A DNA stretch of 64,000 nucleotides, from the NCBI RefSeq assembly GCF_025356595.1, contig NZ_JANXSQ010000167.1, one strand, 5' to 3'. Positions 1-11,719 of the stretch are shown in pieces (the stretch's first letter is position 1; the number at the start of each line of letters is the position of its first letter). The stretch is from Janthinobacterium sp. (lineage in GTDB: Bacteria > Pseudomonadota > Gammaproteobacteria > Burkholderiales > Burkholderiaceae_D). A program made the position numbers and the translations under genes. Under the pieces are notes generated by a model, which was given only the letters and a program-made list of their open reading frames with translations, was not told where the DNA came from and searched no databases.

Positions 1-1108
1 GAGCGCCGCCTACGAGCGCTACAGCCACGATGCCGAATTCCTCGCCGAGTACCGCTACGAGCTGAAGCATTTCGTCGGCCGGCCCTCGCCGATCTACCAC
101 GCCAAACGCTGGTCGGAGATGATGGGCGGCGCGCAGATTTATTTCAAGCGCGAGGATCTGAACCACACCGGCGCGCACAAGATCAACAACGTCATCGGCC
201 AGGCCCTGCTGGCCAAGCGCATGGGCAAGCCGCGCATCATCGCCGAAACGGGCGCCGGCCAGCACGGCGTGGCGACGGCGACCATCTGCGCCCGCTTCGG
301 CCTCGAGTGCGTGATTTACATGGGTAGCGAGGACGTCAAGCGCCAGGCGCAGAACGTGTATCGGATGAAGCTGCTGGGGGCCACCGTGGTGCCCGTCGAG
401 TCGGGCTCGAAGACGCTCAAGGACGCCCTCAACGAGGCCATGCGCGACTGGGTGACGAACATCGAAAACACCTTCTACATCATCGGCACCGTGGCCGGCC
501 CGCATCCCTACCCGATGATGGTGCGCGATTTCCAGGCCGTCATCGGCGAGGAATGCCTGGTGCAGATGCCGGAGATGACGGGGCGCCAGCCCGACTACGT
601 GGTCGCCTGCATAGGCGGCGGCTCGAACGCGATGGGGATTTTCTATCCCTACATCGATCAGAAGGACGTCAAGCTGATCGGCGTCGAGGCGGCCGGCGAG
701 GGGCTGGAGACGGGCAAGCATGCGGCCTCGCTGACGGCCGGTTATCCGGGCGTGCTGCACGGCAACCGCACCTATCTGCTGCAGGACGAGAACGGCCAGA
801 TCATCGAGACCCATTCCGTCTCGGCGGGCCTGGATTATCCCGGCGTGGGCCCCGAGCACGCCTGGTTGAAGGACTCCGGCCGGGCCCAGTACGTGTCGAT
901 CACGGACGATGAGGCGCTGCAGGCTTTCCACGATTGCTGCCACATCGAGGGCATCATCCCGGCGCTGGAATCGTCGCACGCGCTGGCCTACGCGGCCAAG
1001 CTGGCGGCCACCCTGCCGAAGGACCGGATCGTGCTGGCCAATCTGTCCGGCCGCGGCGACAAGGACATGCACACGGTGGCCGAACGCATGGGCCTGGATT
1101 TCAGCTGA
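1..1108 (+). CDS. trpB: Tryptophan synthase beta chain, 5'-truncated by the window edge
   Basis: The frame is open from nt 2 ([19 protein letters not shown]..). It contains the PLP-lysine motif HTGAHKINN and the GGGSNAMG loop. It is followed by trpA. Confidence 0.96.
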   Translation, partial: SAAYERYSHDAEFLAEYRYELKHFVGRPSPIYHAKRWSEMMGGAQIYFKREDLNHTGAHKINNVIGQALLAKRMGKPRIIAETGAGQHGVATATICARFGLECVIYMGSEDVKRQAQNVYRMKLLGATVVPVESGSKTLKDALNEAMRDWVTNIENTFYIIGTVAGPHPYPMMVRDFQAVIGEECLVQMPEMTGRQPDYVVACIGGGSNAMGIFYPYIDQKDVKLIGVEAAGEGLETGKHAASLTAGYPGVLHGNRTYLLQDENGQIIETHSVSAGLDYPGVGPEHAWLKDSGRAQYVSITDDEALQAFHDCCHIEGIIPALESSHALAYAAKLAATLPKDRIVLANLSGRGDKDMHTVAERMGLDFS

Positions 1109-1212
1109 CAGGTCCAGCCGTTTCAAGAGGCGGGGGCGCGCGACCGGGCTCATTGCCCGGAGCGCGCCCCCGCTGTGACCGCACGCCACCAACGATTACA
1201 AGAAAGCCCGCC

Positions 1213-2010
1213 ATGTCCAGAATCCCAGCAACATTCGCCGCGCTCGCGGCACAGAAAAAAACCGCCCTCATCACCTTCATCACGGCCGGCGATCCGGGTC
1301 CCGATGCAACGCTGCCGCTGATGCACGCGCTGGTCGAGGGCGGCGCCGACATCCTCGAACTGGGCGTGCCCTTTTCCGATCCGATGGCCGAGGGGCCGGT
1401 GATCCAGCGCGCCTGCGAAAGGGCGCTGAAGTTCAATATCGGCATCCGCGACGTCTTCGACTACGTGCGCCGCTTCCGCGAAACGAACCAGCACACGCCG
1501 GTGGTGCTGATGGGTTACGCGAATCCCATCGAGCGCATCGGCGCGGCCGCCTTCATCGCCGCGGCGAAGGCGGCCGGCGCCGACGGCGCCATCGTCGTCG
1601 ACTATCCACCCGAGGAGTGCGAGGAGTTCGCCGCCGCGATGCGCGCCAACGAGCTCGACCTGATCTTCCTGCTGGCGCCCACCTCGACCGAGGAGCGCAT
1701 CGCCCAGGTGGCCAAGGTCGGCGGCGGTTTCAGCTACTACGTGTCGCTGAAGGGCGTCACCGGCGCCGGCAATATCGACACCGTCGAGGTGGCCGAGCGC
1801 CTGACGGCGATACGCCGGCATGTCAAGCTGCCCATCGGCGTCGGCTTCGGCATCCGCGACGCGGCCACGGCGAAGGCGGTGGCGGCGATGGCCGACGCGG
1901 TCGTCATCGGCAGCCGCATCATCCAGGAAATCGAGAACGCGCCGCCCGGCGCGGCGCCGGCGGCCGTGCGCACTTTCGTGGCCGGCATCCGCGCCGCGCT
2001 GGACGCTTGA
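1213..2010 (+). CDS. trpA: Tryptophan synthase alpha chain
   Basis: Internal ATG at 1213 of ORF 934..2010. [35 protein letters not shown] is a typical TrpA N-terminus. The Arg/Pro-rich upstream extension overlaps the trpB end and was rejected. Confidence 0.94.
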   Translation: MSRIPATFAALAAQKKTALITFITAGDPGPDATLPLMHALVEGGADILELGVPFSDPMAEGPVIQRACERALKFNIGIRDVFDYVRRFRETNQHTPVVLMGYANPIERIGAAAFIAAAKAAGADGAIVVDYPPEECEEFAAAMRANELDLIFLLAPTSTEERIAQVAKVGGGFSYYVSLKGVTGAGNIDTVEVAERLTAIRRHVKLPIGVGFGIRDAATAKAVAAMADAVVIGSRIIQEIENAPPGAAPAAVRTFVAGIRAALDA

Positions 2011-2221
2011 GCGGACGCAATACGCGGCCCGGAAACGGGGCCGGCGCCCCGGCGCGGCCGATATTATCAAAGGGCAATGTTCGACAGCCGGGCGCTAAAC
2101 GGCTACACTACGGCCACAGAACATAGCCGCAACTGGTGAAGCAGGGGGCGCAGCGGGCCGGAAACAGCGGCCGGCCGCCCGCCCGAGTAACCGTCTGCCC
2201 TAGCGGGCCATAGGAGAAATA

Positions 2222-3094
2222 ATGAGTTGGTTGGAAAAATTGCTGCCCCCGCGGATTCAGCGTTCGGACGCCGCGGCGCGCAAAACCATGCCGGAAGGCC
2301 TGTGGGTCAAGTGTCCGTCGTGCGAAGCCGTGCTGTATCGCACCGACCTGGAATCGAACCTGCATGTATGCCCGAAGTGCGACCATCACATGCGCATCCG
2401 CGCCCGCGCCCGCCTCGACGGCTTGCTCGACGCCGGCGGCCGCTATGAAATCGGCCAGGAAATCCTGCCCGTCGATACGCTCAAGTTCAAGGACAGCAAG
2501 AAGTATCCGGACCGCCTGAAGGCGGCCATGGAGGCGACCGGCGAAACGGACGCGATGATCGTCATGGGTGGCGCCATCATGAGCCTGCCTGTGGTGGTGG
2601 CCTGCTTCGAATTCGAATTCATGGGCGGCTCCATGGGCTCCGTGGTCGGCGAGCGCTTCGTGCGCGGCGCCCAGACGGCGCTGGAGCAGAAGGTGCCCTT
2701 CATTTGCATCACCGCCACCGGCGGCGCGCGCATGCAGGAGGGGCTGCTGTCGCTGATGCAGATGGCCAAGACGACGGCCATGCTGACCAAGCTGTCGGAG
2801 AAGAAGCTGCCCTTCATCAGCATCCTGACCGATCCGACCATGGGCGGCGTGTCCGCCTCCTTCGCCTTCATGGGCGACGTGGTGATCGCCGAGCCGAAGG
2901 CGCTGATCGGTTTCGCCGGCCCGCGCGTGATCGAAAACACCGTGCGCGAGAAACTGCCGGAAGGCTTCCAGCGCGCCGAGTTCCTCGTCACCAAGGGCGC
3001 CGTCGACATGATCGTCGACCGCCGCAAGATGCGCGACGAGATCGCCCATCTGCTGGCGCTGCTGCAAAACCAGGCCGTCGAAGTCATCGCCTGA
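2222..3094 (+). CDS. accD: Acetyl-CoA carboxylase carboxyltransferase beta subunit
   Basis: N-terminal Zn ribbon CPSC..CPKC. Carboxyltransferase region [22 protein letters not shown] lies upstream. Confidence 0.96.
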   Translation: MSWLEKLLPPRIQRSDAAARKTMPEGLWVKCPSCEAVLYRTDLESNLHVCPKCDHHMRIRARARLDGLLDAGGRYEIGQEILPVDTLKFKDSKKYPDRLKAAMEATGETDAMIVMGGAIMSLPVVVACFEFEFMGGSMGSVVGERFVRGAQTALEQKVPFICITATGGARMQEGLLSLMQMAKTTAMLTKLSEKKLPFISILTDPTMGGVSASFAFMGDVVIAEPKALIGFAGPRVIENTVREKLPEGFQRAEFLVTKGAVDMIVDRRKMRDEIAHLLALLQNQAVEVIA

Positions 3095-3245
3095 TACCGC
3101 CGGCGCGCACCGGGCCCAGCGGGTCGGGTGCGCGCCGCCGCTTTGCCGGACGCCCGCGTCCGGCCCACGGAATATCAACGGCGCGCCGTCGGAACCCGCT
3201 TCCGGCGGCGCGCCGCTTTCGCGTCTTTCACGAAGAAGTCCCGCC

Positions 3246-4544
3246 ATGTCAAACCTACCCACCACCCTGCCAGCCTGGCTGGCCCTGCTCGAAAACCGCC
3301 ATTCGGAAACCCAGATCAATATGGGCCTGGAGCGCGTGCAAGCGGTCAAGGCGCGCATGGGCCTGCGCTTCGCCTGTCCCGTCATCATGGTGGCCGGCAC
3401 CAACGGCAAGGGTTCGACCTGCGCGATGCTGGAATCGGTGCTGCTGCGCGCCGGCTACAAGGTGGGCCTGTACATCAAGCCGCATTTCCTCGACTTCAAC
3501 GAGCGCGCCCGCGTCGGCGGTGAGCTGGCCAGCGACGCCGAACTGGTGGCCAGTTTCGCCGCCGTCGAGGCGGTGCGCGGCGATACGCCGCTGACCTATT
3601 TCGAATTCACCACGCTGGCCATACTGCACCTGCTGGCCGGCGCCGGGCTCGACGTCGCCATCCTCGAGGTCGGCCTGGGCGGGCGCCTGGACGCCGTCAA
3701 CGTCATCGACGCCGATGTCGCCATCGTCACCAGCGTCGACATCGACCACACCGATTACCTGGGCAGCACGCGCGAGGCGATCGGCTTCGAGAAGGCCGGC
3801 ATCTTCCGCGCCGGCAAGACGGCCATCTGCAGCGATCCGGTGCCGCCGGCCTCGCTGGTGGCGCACGCCGAAGCGATCGGCGCCGACCTGTGGTTGATGG
3901 GGCGCGACTTCAATTATTCGGGCGACAAGCAGCAATGGAACTACGGCGGCCGCCTGCAGCGGCGCAATTCCCTGGCCTATCCGAGCCTGCGCGGCGCCAA
4001 CCAGATCCTCAACGCGGCGGCCGTGCTGGCCGCGCTGGAGGCGCTGAAGATGGTCTTGCCGGTGGGCGCGCAGGAAGTGCGCACCGGCCTCGTCACGGTG
4101 GAACTGCCGGGCCGCTTCCAGGTCATGCCGGGCCTCCCGGCGGTGATCCTCGACGTGGCGCACAATCCCCACGCGGCCTCGGCGCTGAACCAGAACCTGG
4201 GCAATATGGCTTACCACCCCTATACCTACGCCGTGTTCGGTTCCATGCTCGACAAGGACATCGACGGCGTCATGGCGGCGATGGGCGAGCACGTCGACCA
4301 CTGGTGTGTGTGCGACCTGCCGTCGCCGCGCGCGGCCAGCGCCTCCGAGCTGGCGGCGAAGGCGCAATCGATGCTGGCCGGGCGCGCCGACAGCGACGGG
4401 CGCAGCGTGGCTATTTTCCCCGATCCGGCCCTTGCTTATGCAAATGCGCTGAGCCGGGCCGGCGAGAATGATAGAATTGTGGTCTTTGGCTCCTTCCTGA
4501 CCGTCGCCGGCGTGATGGTGGCCCGAAAATCCGCACTTCACTGA
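3246..4544 (+). CDS. folC: Bifunctional folylpolyglutamate synthase / dihydrofolate synthase
   Basis: Mur-ligase P-loop VAGTNGKGST. Length is 432 aa. Conserved accD-folC synteny. Confidence 0.94.
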   Translation: MSNLPTTLPAWLALLENRHSETQINMGLERVQAVKARMGLRFACPVIMVAGTNGKGSTCAMLESVLLRAGYKVGLYIKPHFLDFNERARVGGELASDAELVASFAAVEAVRGDTPLTYFEFTTLAILHLLAGAGLDVAILEVGLGGRLDAVNVIDADVAIVTSVDIDHTDYLGSTREAIGFEKAGIFRAGKTAICSDPVPPASLVAHAEAIGADLWLMGRDFNYSGDKQQWNYGGRLQRRNSLAYPSLRGANQILNAAAVLAALEALKMVLPVGAQEVRTGLVTVELPGRFQVMPGLPAVILDVAHNPHAASALNQNLGNMAYHPYTYAVFGSMLDKDIDGVMAAMGEHVDHWCVCDLPSPRAASASELAAKAQSMLAGRADSDGRSVAIFPDPALAYANALSRAGENDRIVVFGSFLTVAGVMVARKSALH

Positions 4545-4570
4545 CCGAATTCCACCGAAAAGTATCACGC

Positions 4571-5632
4571 ATGGGCTTGTTCTCAATATTCCGTAAAAAC
4601 AAGCAGGACGGCGCGTCCGTCGACAGCGGTTTTTATAACGCCGACGACCAGGCGGCAGGGGCGAAAGCTCGCTCCAAGCGCGCCAGCAACGCCGGCGCCG
4701 GCGCCGCGCCCCGGCGCGCCGCGAAGGAGGCCGCCGATCCCGTCTTGCCGGAAAAGAAACGCGCGCGCCGCCGCCTGATGGGCGCCATCGCGCTCGCCCT
4801 CGGCGTCGCCGTCGGCCTGCCGATGCTGCTCGATTCCGAACCGAAACCGCTGGCCTCGGACATCGCCTTCCAGATTCCCTCGAAGGACAAGCCGGCCGCC
4901 GCGCACGCGGCCCCGGCCGCCGCCCCGAGCTCCAGCGTGGCGGCCAGCGCCGCCCTGGACCAGTCCGAGGAAATCGTCACGGCGGCGGAGGCCAGGCCGA
5001 AGCCGGCCGCCCCGATCGCGCCCGTCCCGGCGGCCGCGCCGCAGGTGGCCGAAGTACGGACTTACACGGAACCGAAGCCGGAGGCGCCGGCCAAGGTGGC
5101 GGCCAAGCCCGACACCAAGTCGGACGAGCTCAAGGCGCACGAGGCGAAACTGGCCGAGGCCAGGGCGCGCGAGGCGAAGCTGGCCGAGGCCAAGGTTCGC
5201 GAGGCGCGCGAGGCGCGCGAAGCGAAGCTGCTCGAGGCCAAGGCGGCGCACGAGGCGAAGCTGGCCGAAGCCAAGGCGGCGCACGAGGCCAAGCCGGTCG
5301 AGGCCAAGCCCGCCGCCAAGCCTGCGCAGTCGGCCGACGACGCCACGCGCGCCCTGTCCATCCTGGAGGGCAAGGCGGCCGCCAAGCCGGCCGAGGCGGC
5401 CGCCGGCAGGTTCGTCGTGCAGGTCGCCGCGCTGGCGACGCAGGACAAGGTCGACGAGTTGCAGGAAAAGTTGCGCGACGCGGGCATCCATTCCTTCACT
5501 CAGAAAGTGCCAACCCCGGCCGGCGAGCGCATCCGCGTGCGCGTCGGTCCCTTCGGCAGCAGGGAAGACGCCGAGAAGGCGCGCGCCAAGCTGAACAAGC
5601 TGGGCCTGGGCGGCAGCCTGGTGCCGGTGTGA
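4571..5632 (+). CDS. SPOR domain cell-division protein (DedD-like)
   Basis: N-terminal basic region plus one TM segment (LMGAIALALGVAVGLPMLL). Ala/Pro/Lys/Glu low-complexity linker. C-terminal SPOR-like FVVQVAAL..RVRVGPF..AEKARAKL. Sits in the position folC-dedD-cvpA. Confidence 0.85.
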   Translation: MGLFSIFRKNKQDGASVDSGFYNADDQAAGAKARSKRASNAGAGAAPRRAAKEAADPVLPEKKRARRRLMGAIALALGVAVGLPMLLDSEPKPLASDIAFQIPSKDKPAAAHAAPAAAPSSSVAASAALDQSEEIVTAAEARPKPAAPIAPVPAAAPQVAEVRTYTEPKPEAPAKVAAKPDTKSDELKAHEAKLAEARAREAKLAEAKVREAREAREAKLLEAKAAHEAKLAEAKAAHEAKPVEAKPAAKPAQSADDATRALSILEGKAAAKPAEAAAGRFVVQVAALATQDKVDELQEKLRDAGIHSFTQKVPTPAGERIRVRVGPFGSREDAEKARAKLNKLGLGGSLVPV

Positions 5633-5657
5633 CGCCGCGGAGCGGGGCAGGGCGGGC

Positions 5658-6146
5658 GTGACGATTTTCGATTATCTGGTGCTGTTCGTCCTGATCTGCT
5701 CGGTCGTCATCAGCACCATGCGCGGCCTGGTCAAGGAAATGCTTTCGCTGGTGAGTTGGGTGGTGGCCTTCGTCATCGCCAACGCCTACGGCGCGGCGCT
5801 GGCCAAGCTCCTGCCGGCCGTGATCCCGGGCGAAGTGATACGCCTGATGGTGGCCTTCGTGGTGCTGTTCATCGGCGTGCGCCTGTTGATGGGCTTGTTG
5901 ACCCTGGCGGTCGACGCCCTCGTCACGGCCACCGGACTGAGCCTGGCCGACCGGGGCCTGGGCGGCCTGTTCGGCCTGGCGCGCGGACTCGTACTTGTAT
6001 TGGCAGCAGTCATATTGTGTGGGATGACGTCGATTCCGCAGCAGGCTTTCTGGAAAAACGCGTTGCTCAGCCCCTTGGCCGAGAGCGGCGCGCGCACCAT
6101 CAAGCCCTATCTGCCGACGGCCTACGCCCAGTATGTGCAGTTTTGA
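5658..6146 (+). CDS. cvpA: Colicin V production membrane protein CvpA
   Basis: GTG start. Four predicted TM helices. Lies between the dedD-like gene and purF, as in many proteobacteria. Confidence 0.88.
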   Translation: MTIFDYLVLFVLICSVVISTMRGLVKEMLSLVSWVVAFVIANAYGAALAKLLPAVIPGEVIRLMVAFVVLFIGVRLLMGLLTLAVDALVTATGLSLADRGLGGLFGLARGLVLVLAAVILCGMTSIPQQAFWKNALLSPLAESGARTIKPYLPTAYAQYVQF

Positions 6147-6185
6147 ATTTCTTTAAAATCAGTAGCACCAGTTTAGGAGCACACC

Positions 6186-7709
<1,524 letters not shown>

Positions 7710-7715
7710 TGGCGT

Positions 7716-7741
7716 GCCCGGCTTGCGCCGGGCTTTTTTTT
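7716..7741 (+). terminator. Rho-independent terminator after purF
   Basis: GCCCGGC-TTGC-GCCGGGC hairpin followed by a T8 run. Confidence 0.8.
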
Positions 7742-7801
7742 GCTCCGCGCGGACGCCTCGTCGTCGCCTCGCGCCGCGCGGACAGTTTTCGGATAAACAC
7801 C

Positions 7802-9046
7802 ATGAGCGATAAAAAACACTACGGTTTCACCACCACCATCCTGCACGGCGACCGCCAGAAGCCGATCGAATACGGCTCGCTGCACCGCCCCATCCACACC
7901 TCGGTGGCCTTCGGCTACAGCGACGCGCGCCAGCTCGCCTCGGTGTTCCAGGGCAAGGAGCCGGGCTTCCGCTACGGCCGCCAGGGCAACCCGACCGTGT
8001 CGGCGCTGGAGGAAAAAATCAACAAGATGGAAGACGGCGTGGCCACGCTGTGCTTCGCCACCGGCATGGGCGCCATCGGCGCCGTGTTCCAGTCGCTGCT
8101 GCGGGCGGGCGACCACGTCATCTCCTCGTCCTTCCTGTTCGGCAACACCAACAGCCTGTGGCAGACGGTGGCCGGGCAGGGCGTCGACGTCGCCTTCGTC
8201 GACGCCACCGATGTGGATCTGGTCGCCGCCGCCATCACGCCGGCGACGCGCATGGTCTTCGTCGAAACCATCGCCAACCCGCGCACCCAGATCGCCGACC
8301 TGAAGCGCATCGGCGAGCTGTGCCGGGAGCGCGGCATCCTCTACATCGTCGACAACACGATGACCACGCCCTACCTGTTCCGCCCGAAAGCGGTGGGCGC
8401 CGGCCTGGTCGTGAACGCCCTGACCAAGGCGATCGGCGGCCACGGCAACGCGCTGGGCGGCAGCCTGACCGACACCGGCGCCTACGACTGGAGCGCCTAC
8501 CCCAACATCTTCGACAACTACAAGAAGGCGGCGCCGGCGCAGTGGGGCATCGCGCAGATCCGCGCCAAGGGCTTGCGCGACTTCGGCGCCTCGCTGGGGC
8601 CGGAGGCGGCGCACCACATCGCCGTCGGCGCCGAAACGCTGGCGCTGCGCCTCGAGCGCAGCTGCGCCAACGCGCTGGCGCTGGCGCGCTTGCTGGAGGC
8701 CGATCCGCGCGTCGCCGCCGTCCACTACCCGGGCCTGGCCTCGCACCCGCAGCACGCCATCGCCGGGCAGTTGTTCCGCTCCTACGGCATGCTGCTCAGC
8801 TTCGAGCTGAAGGACGGCATCGACTGCTTCGACTTCCTGAACCGCCTGAAACTGGCGATCTCGGCCAGCAACCTGGGCGATACGCGCACCTTGGTGATTC
8901 CGGTCGCGCACACCATCTTCTACGAGATGGGCGCCGAGCGGCGCGCCTCGATGGGCATCGCCGAATCGCTGATACGCGTCTCGGTCGGCATCGAGGACAC
9001 GGCCGATCTGCTGGAGGACTTCGGCGCCGCGCTGGCCGGCGCCTGA
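7802..9046 (+). CDS. metZ: O-succinylhomoserine (or O-acetylhomoserine) sulfhydrylase, Cys/Met-metabolism PLP enzyme
   Basis: Internal ATG at 7802 of ORF 6758..9046 (MSDKKHYGFTTTILHGD..). Cys/Met gamma-family sequence throughout. purF-metZ adjacency is recalled from Pseudomonas and Burkholderiales. Confidence 0.9.
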   Translation: MSDKKHYGFTTTILHGDRQKPIEYGSLHRPIHTSVAFGYSDARQLASVFQGKEPGFRYGRQGNPTVSALEEKINKMEDGVATLCFATGMGAIGAVFQSLLRAGDHVISSSFLFGNTNSLWQTVAGQGVDVAFVDATDVDLVAAAITPATRMVFVETIANPRTQIADLKRIGELCRERGILYIVDNTMTTPYLFRPKAVGAGLVVNALTKAIGGHGNALGGSLTDTGAYDWSAYPNIFDNYKKAAPAQWGIAQIRAKGLRDFGASLGPEAAHHIAVGAETLALRLERSCANALALARLLEADPRVAAVHYPGLASHPQHAIAGQLFRSYGMLLSFELKDGIDCFDFLNRLKLAISASNLGDTRTLVIPVAHTIFYEMGAERRASMGIAESLIRVSVGIEDTADLLEDFGAALAGA

Positions 9047-9143
9047 GCGCGGGCGCGGCGCCCCTGCAATCGGAGGCGCCGCGCTGCCCCTGAGCATGCC
9101 CATCCCGCGCCGCCCGTGGTCTGCGCGCCGGATTCGGGGCAAC

Positions 9144-9172
9144 AAAAAACCGGCTCGCGAGCCGGTTTTTTT
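9144..9172. terminator. Bidirectional terminator between convergent metZ and lexA
   Basis: A6-CCGGCTCGCGAGCCGG-T7. The stem is perfect and flanked by A and T runs. Confidence 0.8.
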
Positions 9173-9194
9173 ATTGAAGCATCAAGCGCGCGCC

Positions 9195-9833
9195 TCAGTG
9201 CCAGCTGCGCATCAGGCCCACCGCCAGTCCCTCGATGGCGAATTCGTCCGCCTCCGGATTGACCTTGATGACCTTGAAGTCCGGATTCTCCGGCAGCAAC
9301 TCGATCAGCGCGCCGGTCTTGCGGTAGCGCTTGACGGTGACGTCGTTGCCGATGCGCGCGACGACGATCTGGCCGTTCTTCGCGCTGTCGACCTTCTTCA
9401 CGGCCAGCAGGTCGCCGTCCATGATGCCGGCGTCGCGCATGGACTCGCCGCGCACCTTCAGCAGGAAGTCGGGGCGGGCGGAGAACATGGCCGGGTCGAC
9501 GTTGTAGGTCGCCTCGACATGCTCCTGCGCCAGCATGGGCGAGCCGGCGGCGACGCGGCCGATCAGCGGCAGCGCCATCATCAGCAGCGCCGCCGGCACG
9601 CGCGCGGGCGCGTCGAGCGAGGCGCCGATCAGGCGTATGCCGCGCGAGGTGCCGGGCGAGATCTCGATGGCGCCCTTGCGCGCCAGCGCCTGCAGATGCT
9701 CCTCGGCCGCGTTGGCGGACTTGAAGCCCAGTTCGTTGGCGATCTCGGCGCGGGTCGGCGGGAAGCCGGTGTTCTCAATCGCATCCTTGATCAGATTCAA
9801 AATTTGTTCCTGCCGTGCTGTGAGCTTGATCAT
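9195..9833 (-). CDS. lexA: LexA repressor
   Basis: [12 protein letters not shown].. wHTH. Ala-Gly cleavage site (VAAGSP). S24 peptidase Ser/Lys region (GESM..VKR). Confidence 0.97.
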   Translation of the reverse strand: MIKLTARQEQILNLIKDAIENTGFPPTRAEIANELGFKSANAAEEHLQALARKGAIEISPGTSRGIRLIGASLDAPARVPAALLMMALPLIGRVAAGSPMLAQEHVEATYNVDPAMFSARPDFLLKVRGESMRDAGIMDGDLLAVKKVDSAKNGQIVVARIGNDVTVKRYRKTGALIELLPENPDFKVIKVNPEADEFAIEGLAVGLMRSWH

Positions 9834-9853
9834 TGGTCGCGCATAGTCAAATG

Positions 9854-9886
9854 CTGTCTATATAAACAGACTGTATTTTTGTACAG
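9854..9886 (-). promoter_or_regulatory. Two tandem SOS (LexA) boxes in the lexA promoter
   Basis: CTGTCTATATAAACAG (9854-9869) and CTGTATTTTTGTACAG (9871-9886). Both are exact CTGT-N8-ACAG. They lie 21-53 nt upstream of the lexA ATG. Confidence 0.85.
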
Positions 9887-9983
9887 TATCGGCGCCAGCG
9901 CAAGGGCATTTCCCCCTTTTCGCGAAATATATTCCGGGCCGGCCCCGGGCGCGGCGGCCGGCGGCCGGCGGCGGCGATGGGGC

Positions 9984-10012
9984 TTGAGTATTGACAAAAT
10001 CCCCGTTATAAT
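9984..10012 (+). promoter_or_regulatory. Putative sigma70 promoter of the rpsF operon
   Basis: TTGAGT (9984-9989), 17 nt spacer, TATAAT (10007-10012), about 75 nt upstream of rpsF. Confidence 0.5.
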
Positions 10013-10086
10013 CTTCGGCTGACCACTTCCCACACTCGTCTTGACGCCGAGGTGGGCGATTATCAATCCGTCCTTAAGGAGTTTGC

Positions 10087-10479
10087 ATGCGTCACTATGA
10101 AATAGTATTTATCGTCCATCCGGACCAGAGCGAGCAAGTGCCCGCTATGATCGAACGTTACAAAGCCAGTGTTTCGACACGCGGCGGTTCGGTTCACCGC
10201 GTTGAAGATTGGGGCCGCCGTCAAATGGCTTACTCGATCCAGAAGCTCGCCAAAGCACACTACATCTGCATGAACATCGAATGCGACAATGAGACCCTGG
10301 TCGAATTGGAAACAGCATTCAAATTCAATGATGCCGTGTTGCGTCACCTGACCGTTAAGATGAAAAAAGCTGAAACAGCTCCATCGCCGATGATGAAATC
10401 GGTTCAACGTGAAGACGCGGCCAAAAGCCATCGTACCGAAGCACCAGCTCCTGCAGCAGCCGCTGCCGTTGCAGCTTAA
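10087..10479 (+). CDS. rpsF: 30S ribosomal protein S6
   Basis: [18 protein letters not shown] is a canonical S6 N-terminus. First gene of rpsF-priB-rpsR-rplI. Confidence 0.97.
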   Translation: MRHYEIVFIVHPDQSEQVPAMIERYKASVSTRGGSVHRVEDWGRRQMAYSIQKLAKAHYICMNIECDNETLVELETAFKFNDAVLRHLTVKMKKAETAPSPMMKSVQREDAAKSHRTEAPAPAAAAAVAA

Positions 10480-10498
10480 TTGTTGACGGGATCGTGAG

Positions 10499-10798
10499 CT
10501 GAACCAGCTTCAGGTTGTCGCCATCATTGCCGAGCGCGAAGTATTGCGCTACACCCCGGCAGGCATGCCGATTGTGAATGCAGTATTGCAGCACAGTTCG
10601 CAGCAAATGGAGGCCGGCATCGCCCGCTTGACCGAGTTTGAAGTCGCCGCGCTCGCCGCTGGCGAGATTTCGGGCCGGTTCAGCGAGGCAGCCTTGGGCG
10701 GGGTCTATCAGTTCACCGGTTTCATGGCCCGCAAGAGCCGCAACAGTAAAAGCCTGGTGTTTCACATCATTGATTTTAGTGCTGTCAATTCAGACTAG
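10499..10798 (+). CDS. priB: Primosomal replication protein N (PriB), start uncertain
   Basis: OB-fold sequence LRYTPAGMPIVNAVLQH.. lies between rpsF and rpsR. The frame is open from 10487. The track start is TTG 10544. Homologous N-termini (recalled as MNRLQL..ER..RYTPAG) would need CTG 10499. Confidence 0.75.
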   Translation: MNQLQVVAIIAEREVLRYTPAGMPIVNAVLQHSSQQMEAGIARLTEFEVAALAAGEISGRFSEAALGGVYQFTGFMARKSRNSKSLVFHIIDFSAVNSD

Positions 10799-10825
10799 CG
10801 CATTTATTAGATACAGGAGCCTCAC

Positions 10826-11116
10826 ATGGCATTCGGTAAAAAGTTCGACAAAAACAAGCTCAAGCTTAAAGAAAAGCGCAAACAGCAAAATCCGCTGTTC
10901 AAACGTAAGAAGTTCTGCCGCTTCACCGCAGCGCACGTTGAACAAGTCGACTACAAAGACGTCGATACGCTGAAAGATTTCGTCCAGGAAAACGGCAAGA
11001 TCATGCCAGCACGCCTGACCGGTACCAAAGCGCATTACCAGCGCCAAGTTGACACCGCAATCAAGCGCGCTCGCTTCCTCGCGCTGCTGCCTTACACCGA
11101 TCTGCACCACGCTTAA
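10826..11116 (+). CDS. rpsR: 30S ribosomal protein S18
   Basis: [29 protein letters not shown] is a canonical S18 sequence. Confidence 0.97.
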   Translation: MAFGKKFDKNKLKLKEKRKQQNPLFKRKKFCRFTAAHVEQVDYKDVDTLKDFVQENGKIMPARLTGTKAHYQRQVDTAIKRARFLALLPYTDLHHA

Positions 11117-11148
11117 TTGCCTGAGTCAGAGAATTCCTGGAGAGAAAT

Positions 11149-11601
11149 ATGCAAATCATTCTGTTAGAAAAAGTCGCTAACGTCGGCAACCTGGGCGAAG
11201 TCGTCAAAGTCAAAGACGGTTACGCTCGTAACTTCCTGATCCCGCAACGCATGGCCCGCCGTGCTACCGCAACCGCTATCGCTGAATTCGAAGTCAAGCG
11301 CGCGGAACTGGAAAAAGCTGCCGCCGCTAAACTGGCCGCATCGCAAGCTCAAGGCGAAAAACTGAACGGCATGACGGTTCAAGTCGCTCAAAAAGCTGGC
11401 GTCGATGGCCGTTTGTTCGGTTCCGTCACCAACTTCGACATCGCTGAAGCGTTGACGAAACAAGGTTTCGCAGTCGACAAAGCCCAAGTGCGCATGCCTA
11501 CGGGTCCTTTGAAAACCACCGGCGAACACGCCGTGTCGGTTTCGCTGCACACCGACGTCATCGTCGAAGTGACGATCGCTGTCGTCGCCGCCCACGCATA
11601 A
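11149..11601 (+). CDS. rplI: 50S ribosomal protein L9
   Basis: [32 protein letters not shown] is a canonical L9 N-terminus. Confidence 0.97.
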   Translation: MQIILLEKVANVGNLGEVVKVKDGYARNFLIPQRMARRATATAIAEFEVKRAELEKAAAAKLAASQAQGEKLNGMTVQVAQKAGVDGRLFGSVTNFDIAEALTKQGFAVDKAQVRMPTGPLKTTGEHAVSVSLHTDVIVEVTIAVVAAHA

Positions 11602-11642
11602 ATTGCCGGCGGGCTTCACCGCCCGCACGCAGTCTGTGTCGT

Positions 11643-11671
11643 AAAAAAAGCCGGGTCCGCCCGGCTTTTTT
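11643..11671 (+). terminator. Rho-independent terminator after rplI
   Basis: A7-GCCGGG-TCCG-CCCGGC-T6 hairpin. Confidence 0.75.
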
Positions 11672-11719
11672 ATCGCCGATTTTTTTTGCCGCGGCGCCGA
11701 AGCGGGTATAATTCGCGCC

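Noticed and set aside
9991-10012. A perfect TTGACA (9991-9996) close to a perfect TATAAT (10007-10012).
   Set aside because: The spacer is only 10 nt, which is incompatible with sigma70. TTGAGT at 9984 with a 17-nt spacer is the more plausible -35.
10080-11610. The rpsF-priB-rpsR-rplI block has clearly lower GC than its neighbours, which raised the question of whether it is a horizontally acquired island.
   Set aside because: These are universal core genes in their canonical order. The shift fits codon bias of highly expressed genes (CGT, GGT, AAA, GAA preference) rather than foreign origin.
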